DNA of 64,000 nucleotides from Pseudomonadota bacterium (lineage in GTDB: Bacteria; Pseudomonadota; Alphaproteobacteria; Sphingomonadales; Sphingomonadaceae), in NCBI GenBank assembly GCA_029779535.1, contig JAKPAG010000117.1:1818-65817 (forward strand), given 5' to 3'. Below, one piece after another: positions 10,392 through 18,737 of the stretch (positions within the stretch are counted from its first letter, which is position 1; every line of letters begins with the position of its first letter). Under the pieces are notes generated by a model. It did not search any database. It saw only the letters and a program-made list of their open reading frames with translations, and was not told the origin of the DNA. The translations under genes were made by a program, and so were the position numbers.

Positions 10392-11577
10392 GAATACGGG
10401 CGCGCTCAGCGGCGTGAAGGTGGTGGAACTGGGCCAGCTGATCGCGGGTCCGTTCTGCGGGCAACTGCTCGGCGACATGGGCGCCGACGTGGTCAAGATC
10501 GAGCCGCCCGGTGCCGGCGATCCGATGCGCCAGTGGGGCAATGGCCAGCACAAGGTGTGGTGGCAGGTGATCGGCCGCAACAAGCGTTCGGTCACCGCCA
10601 ACCTGCGCGTGGCGGAAGGGCAGGAACTGGCCCGCCGCCTGCTGGCCGATGCCGACATCATGATCGAGAATTTCAAGCCCGGCACGGTCGAAAAGTGGGG
10701 CCTGGGGCCTGAGGAACTGCACAAGATCAACCCGCGCCTGATCGTGGTGCGGATGTCCGGCTATGGCCAGACCGGCCCCTATTCCACCCGCGCCGGCTTT
10801 GGCGGGATCGGCGAGGCGATGGGCGGCTGGCGCGCCATCGTGGGCGATCCGGACCGTCCGCCCAGCCGGATGGGCGTGTCGATCGGCGATACCCTGGCGG
10901 CAACCTATGGCTGCATGGGCGCGCTGGCCGCGCTGCGCGCGCGCGACGCCACCGGCAAGGGCCAGGTGGTCGATTCCGCGCTGTACGAAGCGGTGCTGCA
11001 GGTGATGGAAAGCCTGGTGCCCGAATATGACGTGATGGGGATCGTCCGGCAGCGCTCCGGCTCGATCCTGCCGGGGATCGCGCCCAGCAACGTCTACCAG
11101 TGCAGCGACGGCGAATACATGATCGGTGGCAACGGCGATGCGATCTTCGCCCGCCTGGCCGAGGCGATGGGCCAGCCCGAGCTCGCCAGCGACCCGCGCT
11201 ATGCCACCCACGTCGCGCGGGGCGAGCGGCAGGCCGAGCTGGACGAGCTGATCAACCGCTGGACCCGGACCCTGACCGTGGACCAGCTGGAGGCGCTGAT
11301 GATCGCCCATTCGGTCCCGGCGGGGAGGATCTACACCGGCAAGGAAATGCTGGAGGACCCCCACTTCGCCGCGCGCGAGGCGCTGGTCGCGGTGGAGCAT
11401 CCCCAGTTCGGCCAGGTCCGGATGCAGGCGCCGATGCCCAAGCTGTCGGACACGCCCAGCAGCGTGCGCCGCCGCGCGCCGCTGCATCCGGGTGAACACA
11501 ACGGCGAAGTCTATGGCGAGCGGCTGGGGCTGGACGCGGCCGCGCTGGCGGACCTGGCGGCGCGCGGGATCGTCTAG
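10372..11577 (+). CDS. CaiB/BaiF class III CoA transferase
   Basis: LGDMGADVVKIEPPGAGD, ENFKPG, SGYGQTGP and catalytic GD(T) motif; start could be 10381. Confidence 0.9.
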   Translation: MQTMTGENTGALSGVKVVELGQLIAGPFCGQLLGDMGADVVKIEPPGAGDPMRQWGNGQHKVWWQVIGRNKRSVTANLRVAEGQELARRLLADADIMIENFKPGTVEKWGLGPEELHKINPRLIVVRMSGYGQTGPYSTRAGFGGIGEAMGGWRAIVGDPDRPPSRMGVSIGDTLAATYGCMGALAALRARDATGKGQVVDSALYEAVLQVMESLVPEYDVMGIVRQRSGSILPGIAPSNVYQCSDGEYMIGGNGDAIFARLAEAMGQPELASDPRYATHVARGERQAELDELINRWTRTLTVDQLEALMIAHSVPAGRIYTGKEMLEDPHFAAREALVAVEHPQFGQVRMQAPMPKLSDTPSSVRRRAPLHPGEHNGEVYGERLGLDAAALADLAARGIV

Positions 11578-11993
11578 TCGGCCTGCGGCACCGCGGCCAG
11601 CACCCGGCGCAGGCCCGCCATGGCCTTGTCGCCGGCGGCCCTGGCCAGTTCCGCCTCAAGGTCGCGCAGCACGCCCGACGCCGCCTCGCGGATCGGGCCG
11701 CCGGCGCTGGCAAAGCCGACCCGCTGGGCGCGGCGATCATCCGGGTCGGGCAGGGTTTCGACGAGGCCAGCCTCGGCCATTTCGCCGAGCAGCTGGCTCA
11801 TCGCCTGGCGCGACACCCCCAGGTTCGCGGCGATGTGCGACGGGCGGACCACGCCATTGGCGATATTCGCCAGGACCAGCGATTGCGAGCGGGTGATCCC
11901 CGGCCAGCCGCGCTGCGCCAGCCGCGCGCGCAGCTGTTCGTCAAACCAGTAGAAGGCGCGCATCAGGTCCAGGATCAGCAGCGGATTGTCCAT
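11574..11993 (-). CDS. MarR family transcriptional regulator
   Basis: SHIAANLGVSRQAMSQLL...DPDDRRAQRV winged helix. Confidence 0.85.
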   Translation of the reverse strand: MDNPLLILDLMRAFYWFDEQLRARLAQRGWPGITRSQSLVLANIANGVVRPSHIAANLGVSRQAMSQLLGEMAEAGLVETLPDPDDRRAQRVGFASAGGPIREAASGVLRDLEAELARAAGDKAMAGLRRVLAAVPQAD

Positions 11994-12056
11994 TGCCGCT
12001 CCTTTCCAGCCCGCCCCGCGCAGCGCAAGCGCGATTATCGCCCACCCCGTCGATAT

Positions 12057-12073
12057 AGTAAATCTACTTGACA
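12057..12073 (-). promoter_or_regulatory. Degenerate copy of the TGTCAA..TGACA operator in the marR/monooxygenase divergent promoter
   Basis: Minus strand TGTCAAGTAGATTTACT matches TGTCAATAATATTGACA at 12 of 17 positions and overlaps TTGACA. Confidence 0.45.
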
Positions 12074-12116
12074 TTTATTGCAGCCCGGAGGCAGACTTTC
12101 CGGCAACTGTACAAGC

Positions 12117-13316
12117 ATGGGAGAGACCGCCTTGGGCGAGACGACACTGCGCACGCATGACGGGCAGGCATGGGCCGACTGGGCCGACGCGATGGCCCTG
12201 CGCCTGGCCGAGCGCGCTCCCGAGGCGGAGCGCCTGCGCGCACTGCACGACGTGACCATGGCCGAAGCGCGCGATGCCGGGTTCTTTGCCCTGCTCGCCC
12301 CGGTCACCGCCGGGGGCCAGGGCGCCAGCTTTGCCGAATTCCTGGATGTGGTGCGCCGCCTGTCGACCGGCTGCGCATCAAGCGGCTGGGTGCTGTCGTT
12401 CCTGTCGCTGCACGCCTGGATGCTGTGCAAGTTCCCGGCCAAGGCCCAGGCCGAATTCTTCCGCGATGGCCAGATGCCGCTGGCCCCCGCCCCGCTGGCA
12501 CCCACCGGCACGGCCGAACGGGTGGACGGCGGCTACCGCGTGTCGGGCCGCTGGGAATGGGCCACGGGGATCAACCATTCCGACTGGGTGCTGGTCAACG
12601 CGATCGACCTGGAGAGCAAGGAACCGCGCTTTTGCGCCATGCGCGTCAGCGAGGTCGAGATCGAGGACGTCTGGCATACCTCGGGCATGGCCTCGACCGG
12701 ATCGAACGCGGTGGTGGTGCGCGGCGTGGTGGTGCCCGATCACATGACCCTGCCCGCGCGGCAGATGGCCGCCGGCGCTTCGCCGGGCGAAGTGCTGCAT
12801 CCGCACTCCACCCTGACCTTTCCCCTGCGCGCCGGGCTGGCGCTGGTTGCCGCAACCCCGGCGGTCGGCGCGGCGGAGGCGGCGCTGGACTGGTTCACCC
12901 GGCGGATGAAGACCAAGCAGCAGGCGTTCAGCGGCGGGGCCAGCCAGGCCGATGTCCAGACCACCCACCTGCGGCTGGGCGAGGCGCTGGCCCAGGTCCG
13001 CGCCCTTCGGCTGGTGTGGGAAGATGCCCGCGCCGCGCTGGAACGCGAAGGGCCGAATGGCGCCTCCGCCTCGATCCCGGCGCAGGTCGCGCTGCGGCTG
13101 GCGGCGGCGCAGGTGGTGCGCCTGGCCAACAGCGCGATCGACACCATGGCCGCCGCGGCCGGGGCCAGCGCCAGCATGTTGAACGCGCCCTTGCAGCGTC
13201 ACCTGCGCGACGTGCAGGTGATCCGCGGCCACGTGATGTACGATTGGGACCGCACCTGCGTGCTGGCCGGCAAGGTCGAACTGGGTTTCGCCACCGGCCC
13301 CGCCGATCTGATCTGA
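12117..13316 (+). CDS. ACAD-fold flavin-dependent monooxygenase, oxygenase subunit (HsaA/HpaH-like)
   Basis: GCASSGW, VSGRWEWATGINHSDW, WHTSGMASTGSN and LQRHLRDV...GH motifs. Confidence 0.8.
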   Translation: MGETALGETTLRTHDGQAWADWADAMALRLAERAPEAERLRALHDVTMAEARDAGFFALLAPVTAGGQGASFAEFLDVVRRLSTGCASSGWVLSFLSLHAWMLCKFPAKAQAEFFRDGQMPLAPAPLAPTGTAERVDGGYRVSGRWEWATGINHSDWVLVNAIDLESKEPRFCAMRVSEVEIEDVWHTSGMASTGSNAVVVRGVVVPDHMTLPARQMAAGASPGEVLHPHSTLTFPLRAGLALVAATPAVGAAEAALDWFTRRMKTKQQAFSGGASQADVQTTHLRLGEALAQVRALRLVWEDARAALEREGPNGASASIPAQVALRLAAAQVVRLANSAIDTMAAAAGASASMLNAPLQRHLRDVQVIRGHVMYDWDRTCVLAGKVELGFATGPADLI

Positions 13317-13341
13317 TCCGGGCGGGGCGCCCGCTGGCCGG

Positions 13342-14493
13342 TCAGACCAGCGGGTTGACCTGCGGCAGGCCCAGGCGCTGCCGCCCGGCGGCTTCGCGGC
13401 TGACATCCCAGTCCCAGAACGCGTGCGAACAGACCGTGTTGAGATCGCGCCAGATCCGCTGCAACGGCTGGTCCAGGTGATAGCTTGACGCCCCGGCGCT
13501 GGCCATCATCGCGTTGACCGTGTCGCGGCACAGCTTGGACACGTAAGCGGTCTTGCCCTTGGCCGCGACGCGGTCATCCAGGGTAAAATCGCGCACGCCC
13601 ATGGTCGCTTCGGCCGCATCGAACACGGTCCGGGCCAGATCGCTGGCGATCCTGCTGGCAATCTCCATTTCGCCCAGGGTGACATGGGCCATCTGCTGGT
13701 CGCGCACCACCGCGCCGCCGAAATTGCGCACCCGCCGCTCCACGCCCTGGCCGAAGGCTTCGAGCGCGCCTTTCAGGCTGCCGGTCAGCACCGGCAGGAT
13801 CGTGCAATAGGCCGAAATCAGGAAGGGAATCGAATAGAGCGGGTTGGGGTGCAGCTTCGACCCTGCGGTGACCCCGGCGTGGAACGCGATGGCATCGACC
13901 GCGTGGCGATCGGGCACGAACACCTTGCGTGCCTGGTAATCGTTGCTGCCGGTCCCGGCCATGCCGGCATAGTGCCAGTTGTCGATCACCTCGACCGCGC
14001 TGACCGGCATCAGGAACGAACGCCGTCCGTCCTCGGCCTGGCCGCTGATCTGCACCCAGTCGGCATGCATGATCCCCGATCCCCAGGCCGCCCGGCCGCT
14101 GACTTCCCAGCCGCCCGGCACCTTGACCGCGTGCATGTCGGCCGCCTGCGCCGCGGGCAGCAGGACATAGCCGCGCGGGCCCAGCAGTTCTTCCTGCGTT
14201 TCTTCGGGAAAGCGCGCCACATAGGTGTTGTGGGCGATGTAGAACGAGGCGATCCACCCGGTGGAGGGGCAGGCCGCGCTGATGATCTCGACCACGTCGA
14301 ACAGGGTCGACAGACTGACTTCGGACCCGCCGAACCGGCGCGGGACCAGCATCTGGATGATCTCCGCCTCGATCAGCTCGCGGATCGAATCGTCGTGCGG
14401 GCGGCGCAGCTCGGAAGTCTCGGCGGCGCGGGCCTTGATCGCGGGGGCGAGCGCGCGGGCGCGTTCGATCAGTTCCTCACGGGTTGCAGGCAT
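13342..14493 (-). CDS. ACAD-fold flavin-dependent monooxygenase, oxygenase subunit (HsaA-like)
   Basis: ACPSTGW, SGRAAWGSGIMHADW, WHYAGMAGTGSN and LQRIWRD...SH motifs. Confidence 0.8.
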   Translation of the reverse strand: MPATREELIERARALAPAIKARAAETSELRRPHDDSIRELIEAEIIQMLVPRRFGGSEVSLSTLFDVVEIISAACPSTGWIASFYIAHNTYVARFPEETQEELLGPRGYVLLPAAQAADMHAVKVPGGWEVSGRAAWGSGIMHADWVQISGQAEDGRRSFLMPVSAVEVIDNWHYAGMAGTGSNDYQARKVFVPDRHAVDAIAFHAGVTAGSKLHPNPLYSIPFLISAYCTILPVLTGSLKGALEAFGQGVERRVRNFGGAVVRDQQMAHVTLGEMEIASRIASDLARTVFDAAEATMGVRDFTLDDRVAAKGKTAYVSKLCRDTVNAMMASAGASSYHLDQPLQRIWRDLNTVCSHAFWDWDVSREAAGRQRLGLPQVNPLV

Positions 14494-14509
14494 GTCGGCT
14501 TTACTCCGC

Positions 14510-14941
14510 TCAGGCCAGGCCAGCCGCGGCCAGCGCGGCCTGGGCGACTTCCATGTCGTGGCTGTAGTGCCCGCCGCTGACCCCGATCCCGCCAACCATC
14601 ACGCCATCGACCTTGACCGGATAGCCGCCGCCGAACACCACCAGCCGGGGCGTGTGGACGATCCCATCGAGCAGCGGCGGATCGTTCTTGATGAAATCGT
14701 GCCATTCGTGCGTCGCCATGCCGAACGAAACGGCGGTATAGGCCTTGTCCTGCGCGATCTGCACCGACAGCAGCGGGGCATGATCCATCCGCCGGAACTG
14801 GACCAGCGTACCTGCCGGATCGCACAGCGCGATGCACATCGGCACCTGCATTTCCGACGCCTTGGCCATCGCCCCGGCCATCAGTTCATCGGCCAGCTCA
14901 TTGGACATGGTCTGCACGGTCAGGGTCTTGGCCACGATCAT
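14510..14941 (-). CDS. GlcG/HbpS-family (heme-binding-like) protein
   Basis: DPAG.LV.F.RMD.A...S...AQDKAYTAV and GGG.P...G...GGIGVSGG...D motifs. Confidence 0.8.
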   Translation of the reverse strand: MIVAKTLTVQTMSNELADELMAGAMAKASEMQVPMCIALCDPAGTLVQFRRMDHAPLLSVQIAQDKAYTAVSFGMATHEWHDFIKNDPPLLDGIVHTPRLVVFGGGYPVKVDGVMVGGIGVSGGHYSHDMEVAQAALAAAGLA

Positions 14942-14958
14942 CTTCCCCCTTGGGCATT

Positions 14959-14975
14959 AGTCAATTTAGGTGACA
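14959..14975. promoter_or_regulatory. Third GTCAA..TGACA operator copy, in the glcG/CoA ligase divergent promoter
   Basis: AGTCAATTTAGGTGACA keeps both palindromic ends (11 of 17 matches to the 8167 site). Confidence 0.5.
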
Positions 14976-15077
14976 ATCACGACAAGCGCCGCACGTGTCA
15001 ATCGTTAGCACGCAAAGCACTTGCCTTGGCGCGCGGCCTGCCCGAACGTGGGCTCGGAACTGGAGAGTGACCCGACC

Positions 15078-16625
15078 GTGAGCGCCATTGATCCCTATGC
15101 CGACAAGGATGTCCCCTGGTTGCTGCGCAGCCATGCCGAAACGCGCGGCGACGCGGTGTTCTTGGCCTGGGAACCGTTCGAGGATGACCCCGGCGAATGG
15201 ACCTACGGCCAGTTCCACGCCGAAGTGCGCGATCTGGCTGCGGCCCTGCGCGCTCGCGGGCTGGCGCGCGGCGACAAGCTGCTGATCCACGCCGGCAACA
15301 GCCCCGAATTCCTGCTGGCCTGGTATGCCTGCGCCATGCTGGGCGTGGTGGCGGTCACCACCAACCCGCGCTGCGCGGCCGCCGAAGTCGCCTATTTCAT
15401 CCAGCATTCCGGGGCGCGCGCGGCAATCGTGGAAAGCACATACCTGGGCCTGATTGCGCAAACCGGCGCGCGGCTGGAATGGATCGCCGCCTTCCCCGCC
15501 GATGGCGACCGCGCAGCCCTGCCCGCCGGGATCGTCCCCTTTGCCAGCCTGCGCGGCGATGGCGCGGCGCTGGTGGCCGAGCCGCTGGAGGCGATGACCC
15601 CTCTGTCGGTGCAATATACCTCGGGCACCACCAGCCGGCCCAAGGGCGTGGTCTGGACCCATGCCAACGCGCTGTGGGCCGGGCAGATCGGCGCGGCGCA
15701 CAACCAGCTGCGCAGCGATGACGTATCGCTGGTGTTCACCCCGCTGTGCCATGCCAACGCGATGAGCTGGGGCCACCTGCCGATGCTGTGGACCGGCGGC
15801 AAGGTAGTGCTGCAACCGCGCTTTTCCGCCAGCCGGTTCTGGCCGGTGGCGCTGAAGCATGGCTGCACCTGGGGCAATGTCATCCCCTTTGCGATCCAGG
15901 CGATCGCCGAGCAGGCGGTGCCGCAGCACAGCTTTCGCCAGTGGGTCGTCGGCGCGGCGGGCCTGGGCGGGCTGGACAAGCACTTCCGCGTCGCCATCCT
16001 GGGCGCCTGGGGGATGACCGAGACGGTCACCCACGGCACTTTCACCCCGCCGCAGTTGCCTGCGCCCGACCGCTCGATCGGCCTGCCCGCCCCCGAATAC
16101 GAAGTGAAGATCGTGGACGAACAGGGCGCGCCGGTGAAGGTGGGCGAGACCGGCCTGCTCAAGATCCGGGGCACGCGCGGACGGGCGCTGTTCCTGGAAT
16201 ACCTCGACGATCCGGCCGCCACCGCCGCCAGTTTCGACATCGATGGCTGGTTCGATACCGGCGACCGGGTCTACCAGGTCGAGCAGGGCCACCTGCGCTT
16301 TGCCGACCGGGCCAAGGACATGCTCAAGATCGGCGCAGAAAACGTCGCCGCATCCGAAATCGAAGCGGTGATCGCCATGGTGCCCGGCGTGCTGGAAGCC
16401 GCCGTGGTCGGCCGTCCGCACCCGATGCTCGACGAGGAGCCGGTTGCCTTTGTCCGCGCCGCCGCCCCCTCGCCTGACTTGGCCGACGCGATCCTGGCGG
16501 CCTGCCGCGCGCAGCTGGCCGGCTTCAAGGTGCCCGCCGCAGTGCGCTTCATGGAGGAATTCCCGCGTTCGGAACTGAACAAGGTATCGAAGAAGGACCT
16601 GCGCGAGCTGGCCCGCGAGGGCTGA
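15078..16625 (+). CDS. AMP-dependent CoA ligase (CaiC-like)
   Basis: YTSGTTSRPKGV, GAWGMTET, WFDTGD and DRAKDMLKIGAENV motifs; probable GTG start at 15078. Confidence 0.85.
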   Translation: MSAIDPYADKDVPWLLRSHAETRGDAVFLAWEPFEDDPGEWTYGQFHAEVRDLAAALRARGLARGDKLLIHAGNSPEFLLAWYACAMLGVVAVTTNPRCAAAEVAYFIQHSGARAAIVESTYLGLIAQTGARLEWIAAFPADGDRAALPAGIVPFASLRGDGAALVAEPLEAMTPLSVQYTSGTTSRPKGVVWTHANALWAGQIGAAHNQLRSDDVSLVFTPLCHANAMSWGHLPMLWTGGKVVLQPRFSASRFWPVALKHGCTWGNVIPFAIQAIAEQAVPQHSFRQWVVGAAGLGGLDKHFRVAILGAWGMTETVTHGTFTPPQLPAPDRSIGLPAPEYEVKIVDEQGAPVKVGETGLLKIRGTRGRALFLEYLDDPAATAASFDIDGWFDTGDRVYQVEQGHLRFADRAKDMLKIGAENVAASEIEAVIAMVPGVLEAAVVGRPHPMLDEEPVAFVRAAAPSPDLADAILAACRAQLAGFKVPAAVRFMEEFPRSELNKVSKKDLRELAREG

Positions 16626-16709
16626 GGCGGCGCAATCCGGCTTTGACAAACGGCCCGCAAGCCAGCAACCGGGTTGCGATACGAAACCGGATTCGCCGGA
16701 CCATAGAGG

Positions 16710-17876
16710 ATGATCATGCGCCAGTTCACCGAAGACCAGATCATGTTCCGCGATGCCTATCGCAAGTTCCTCGACGCGGAGATTGCCCCGCACATGGAAG
16801 CATGGCGCGAAGCCGGGATCGTCGATCGCAGCGCCTTCAGGAAGGCCGGTGACCTTGGCTTCCTGATGATCTGGCCGGACGAGAAGTATGGCGGGATGGG
16901 CGACACCGACTTCCGCTATGAACAGATCATCATCGAGGAAACCTGCCGTGCCGGGGCCAAGCAGTTCTACAACACGCTGCACAGCCGCCTGGTCGGCCCC
17001 TATTTCCAGCGCTTCGGGACCGAGGAACAGCGCATGCGCTTCCTGCCCAAATGCGTTTCGGGCGAGACGATCCTGGCCATCGCGATGACCGAGCCGGGCG
17101 CCGGATCGGACCTGGCGGGGATGCGCACCAATGCCCAGGACATGGGCGATCACTGGCTGCTCAACGGGTCAAAGACCTACATCTCGAACGGGATCAACGC
17201 CGACGTGGTGATCGTCGCCGCCAAGGTGGCCGGCGCGGACAAGAAGCACGCCATGGTGCTGCTGATCGTCGAACGCGGGATGGAAGGGTTCGAACGCGGC
17301 CGCAACCTCAAGAAGATGGGCATGCCCGCGCAGGACACCGCCGAACTGTTCTTCAACAACGTCAAGGTGCCCAAGGCCAACCAGCTTGGCGAGGCCGGCA
17401 AGGGGTTCTACTACCTGATGGAAGGGCTGGCGGAAGAACGGCTGATTTCCGCCGTCGGCTGCGCCGCCAACGCCCGCAAGGCGTTCGACATCACCCGCGA
17501 TTACGTCAGCCAGCGCCAGCTGTTCGGCCAGCCCCTGTCCGAACAGCAGAACACCCAGTTCCGCATGGCCGAAATGGACACCGAGATCGAGCTGGCGCAG
17601 GTCTATATCGACCACTGCGTTACCATGCATAACCAGGGCATGCTGACCAGCAACATGGGCGCCAAGGCCAAGATGGTCGCCAGCGAGGTCGAATGGAAGA
17701 TGCTGGACCTGGGCGTCCAACTGCATGGCGGGGCCGGGTTCATGGACGAATACCCGATCAGCCGGATGTTCAGCGATGCGCGCATCAACCGCATTCTGGC
17801 CGGATCGAGCGAAGTGATGCGCCTGATCATCGGCCGCGACGTGTTCTCGCAGAAGTACCAGAGCCTGTTCGACTAG
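16710..17876 (+). CDS. Acyl-CoA dehydrogenase (LCAD-like)
   Basis: IAMTEPGAGSDL, NGSKTYISNG, QLHGGAGFMDEY and ILAGSSE motifs. Confidence 0.9.
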   Translation: MIMRQFTEDQIMFRDAYRKFLDAEIAPHMEAWREAGIVDRSAFRKAGDLGFLMIWPDEKYGGMGDTDFRYEQIIIEETCRAGAKQFYNTLHSRLVGPYFQRFGTEEQRMRFLPKCVSGETILAIAMTEPGAGSDLAGMRTNAQDMGDHWLLNGSKTYISNGINADVVIVAAKVAGADKKHAMVLLIVERGMEGFERGRNLKKMGMPAQDTAELFFNNVKVPKANQLGEAGKGFYYLMEGLAEERLISAVGCAANARKAFDITRDYVSQRQLFGQPLSEQQNTQFRMAEMDTEIELAQVYIDHCVTMHNQGMLTSNMGAKAKMVASEVEWKMLDLGVQLHGGAGFMDEYPISRMFSDARINRILAGSSEVMRLIIGRDVFSQKYQSLFD

Positions 17877-17958
17877 ATGGCCAATCCATGGTTGGACCAG
17901 CATCGATAGTTAACCTTTCGATCAGTATTTATGGTTAATCGATTGCAAAGAAAAACCA

Positions 17959-17974
17959 TGTGACACGAATCACC
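17959..17974. promoter_or_regulatory. CRP-type binding site upstream of the Crp-cyclase operon
   Basis: TGTGA-CACGAA-TCACC, one mismatch from TGTGA-N6-TCACA, in an AT-rich intergenic region. Confidence 0.6.
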
Positions 17975-18089
17975 GCTTGGCCCTAGAAAAGATTCGAAGG
18001 GCCTGTTCGGGGTGGGCCTGGGTCCAACGGGGGACTTCTAGATGCACGGTTCTGGTTCGCCAGGCACTGGGCAAGGCGCCAGTCGGATC

Positions 18090-18737
18090 ATGCCGCCACG
18101 CTTGCAGGACGCTTTCCTGACCCGTGGGCGCGAGGTTGCCTTCAGCCGCAAGCAGGTGATCATGACCGAAGGTGCCGAGGATACCGACGTCTACCTGCTG
18201 ATCACCGAGCGTCTGCAATTCTCGCTGCTGTCACCCCAGGGGCGCGAAGTGATCCTGCGCGAGATGGGGCCGGGCGAAATGTTCGGCGAATTGTCCGCGA
18301 TCGACGGCCTGCCGCGTTCCACCAATGTCATGGCGCTGGAAGACAGCCGCCTCGCGCAGATGAACGCGGCTGCTTTTGCCGCCATGCTGGGCGAAGTGCC
18401 CGACGCCGGGCTGTGGGTGGCGCGGCAGCTGGTCCAGCGCATCCGCAACCTGACCGACCGCGCATTCGAGCTGGCGACTCTGCCGGTCGCCAGCCGGGTC
18501 CAGGCCGAACTGCTACGGCTGGCACGCGAAGCCGCGGCGCCCGGGGCCGACGCGATCGAAATCCGCCCCATGCCGACCCATGCCGATCTGGCCGCGCGGG
18601 TCGGCACCAGCCGCGAGGCGGTGTCGCGCGAACTGGGCCTGCTGGCGCAGCAAGGGCTGCTGGCGCAAAGCGGCCGGACCCTGCGGATCGGTTCGATCAC
18701 GGCCTTGCGCGCGGTCTATGAACGAATGCTGCGATGA
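18090..18737 (+). CDS. Crp/Fnr family regulator with an intact cNMP-binding cassette
   Basis: FGELSAIDGLPRSTNV phosphate-binding cassette; HTH GTSREAVSR with the CRP R-E-x3-R recognition residues. Confidence 0.9.
   Translation: MPPRLQDAFLTRGREVAFSRKQVIMTEGAEDTDVYLLITERLQFSLLSPQGREVILREMGPGEMFGELSAIDGLPRSTNVMALEDSRLAQMNAAAFAAMLGEVPDAGLWVARQLVQRIRNLTDRAFELATLPVASRVQAELLRLAREAAAPGADAIEIRPMPTHADLAARVGTSREAVSRELGLLAQQGLLAQSGRTLRIGSITALRAVYERMLR

Noticed and set aside
17877-18089. AT-rich stretch as the border of a mobile island carrying the CRP-cyclase-DyP module
   Set aside because: No integrase, IS, tRNA or flanking direct repeat seen; a promoter region explains the AT richness.
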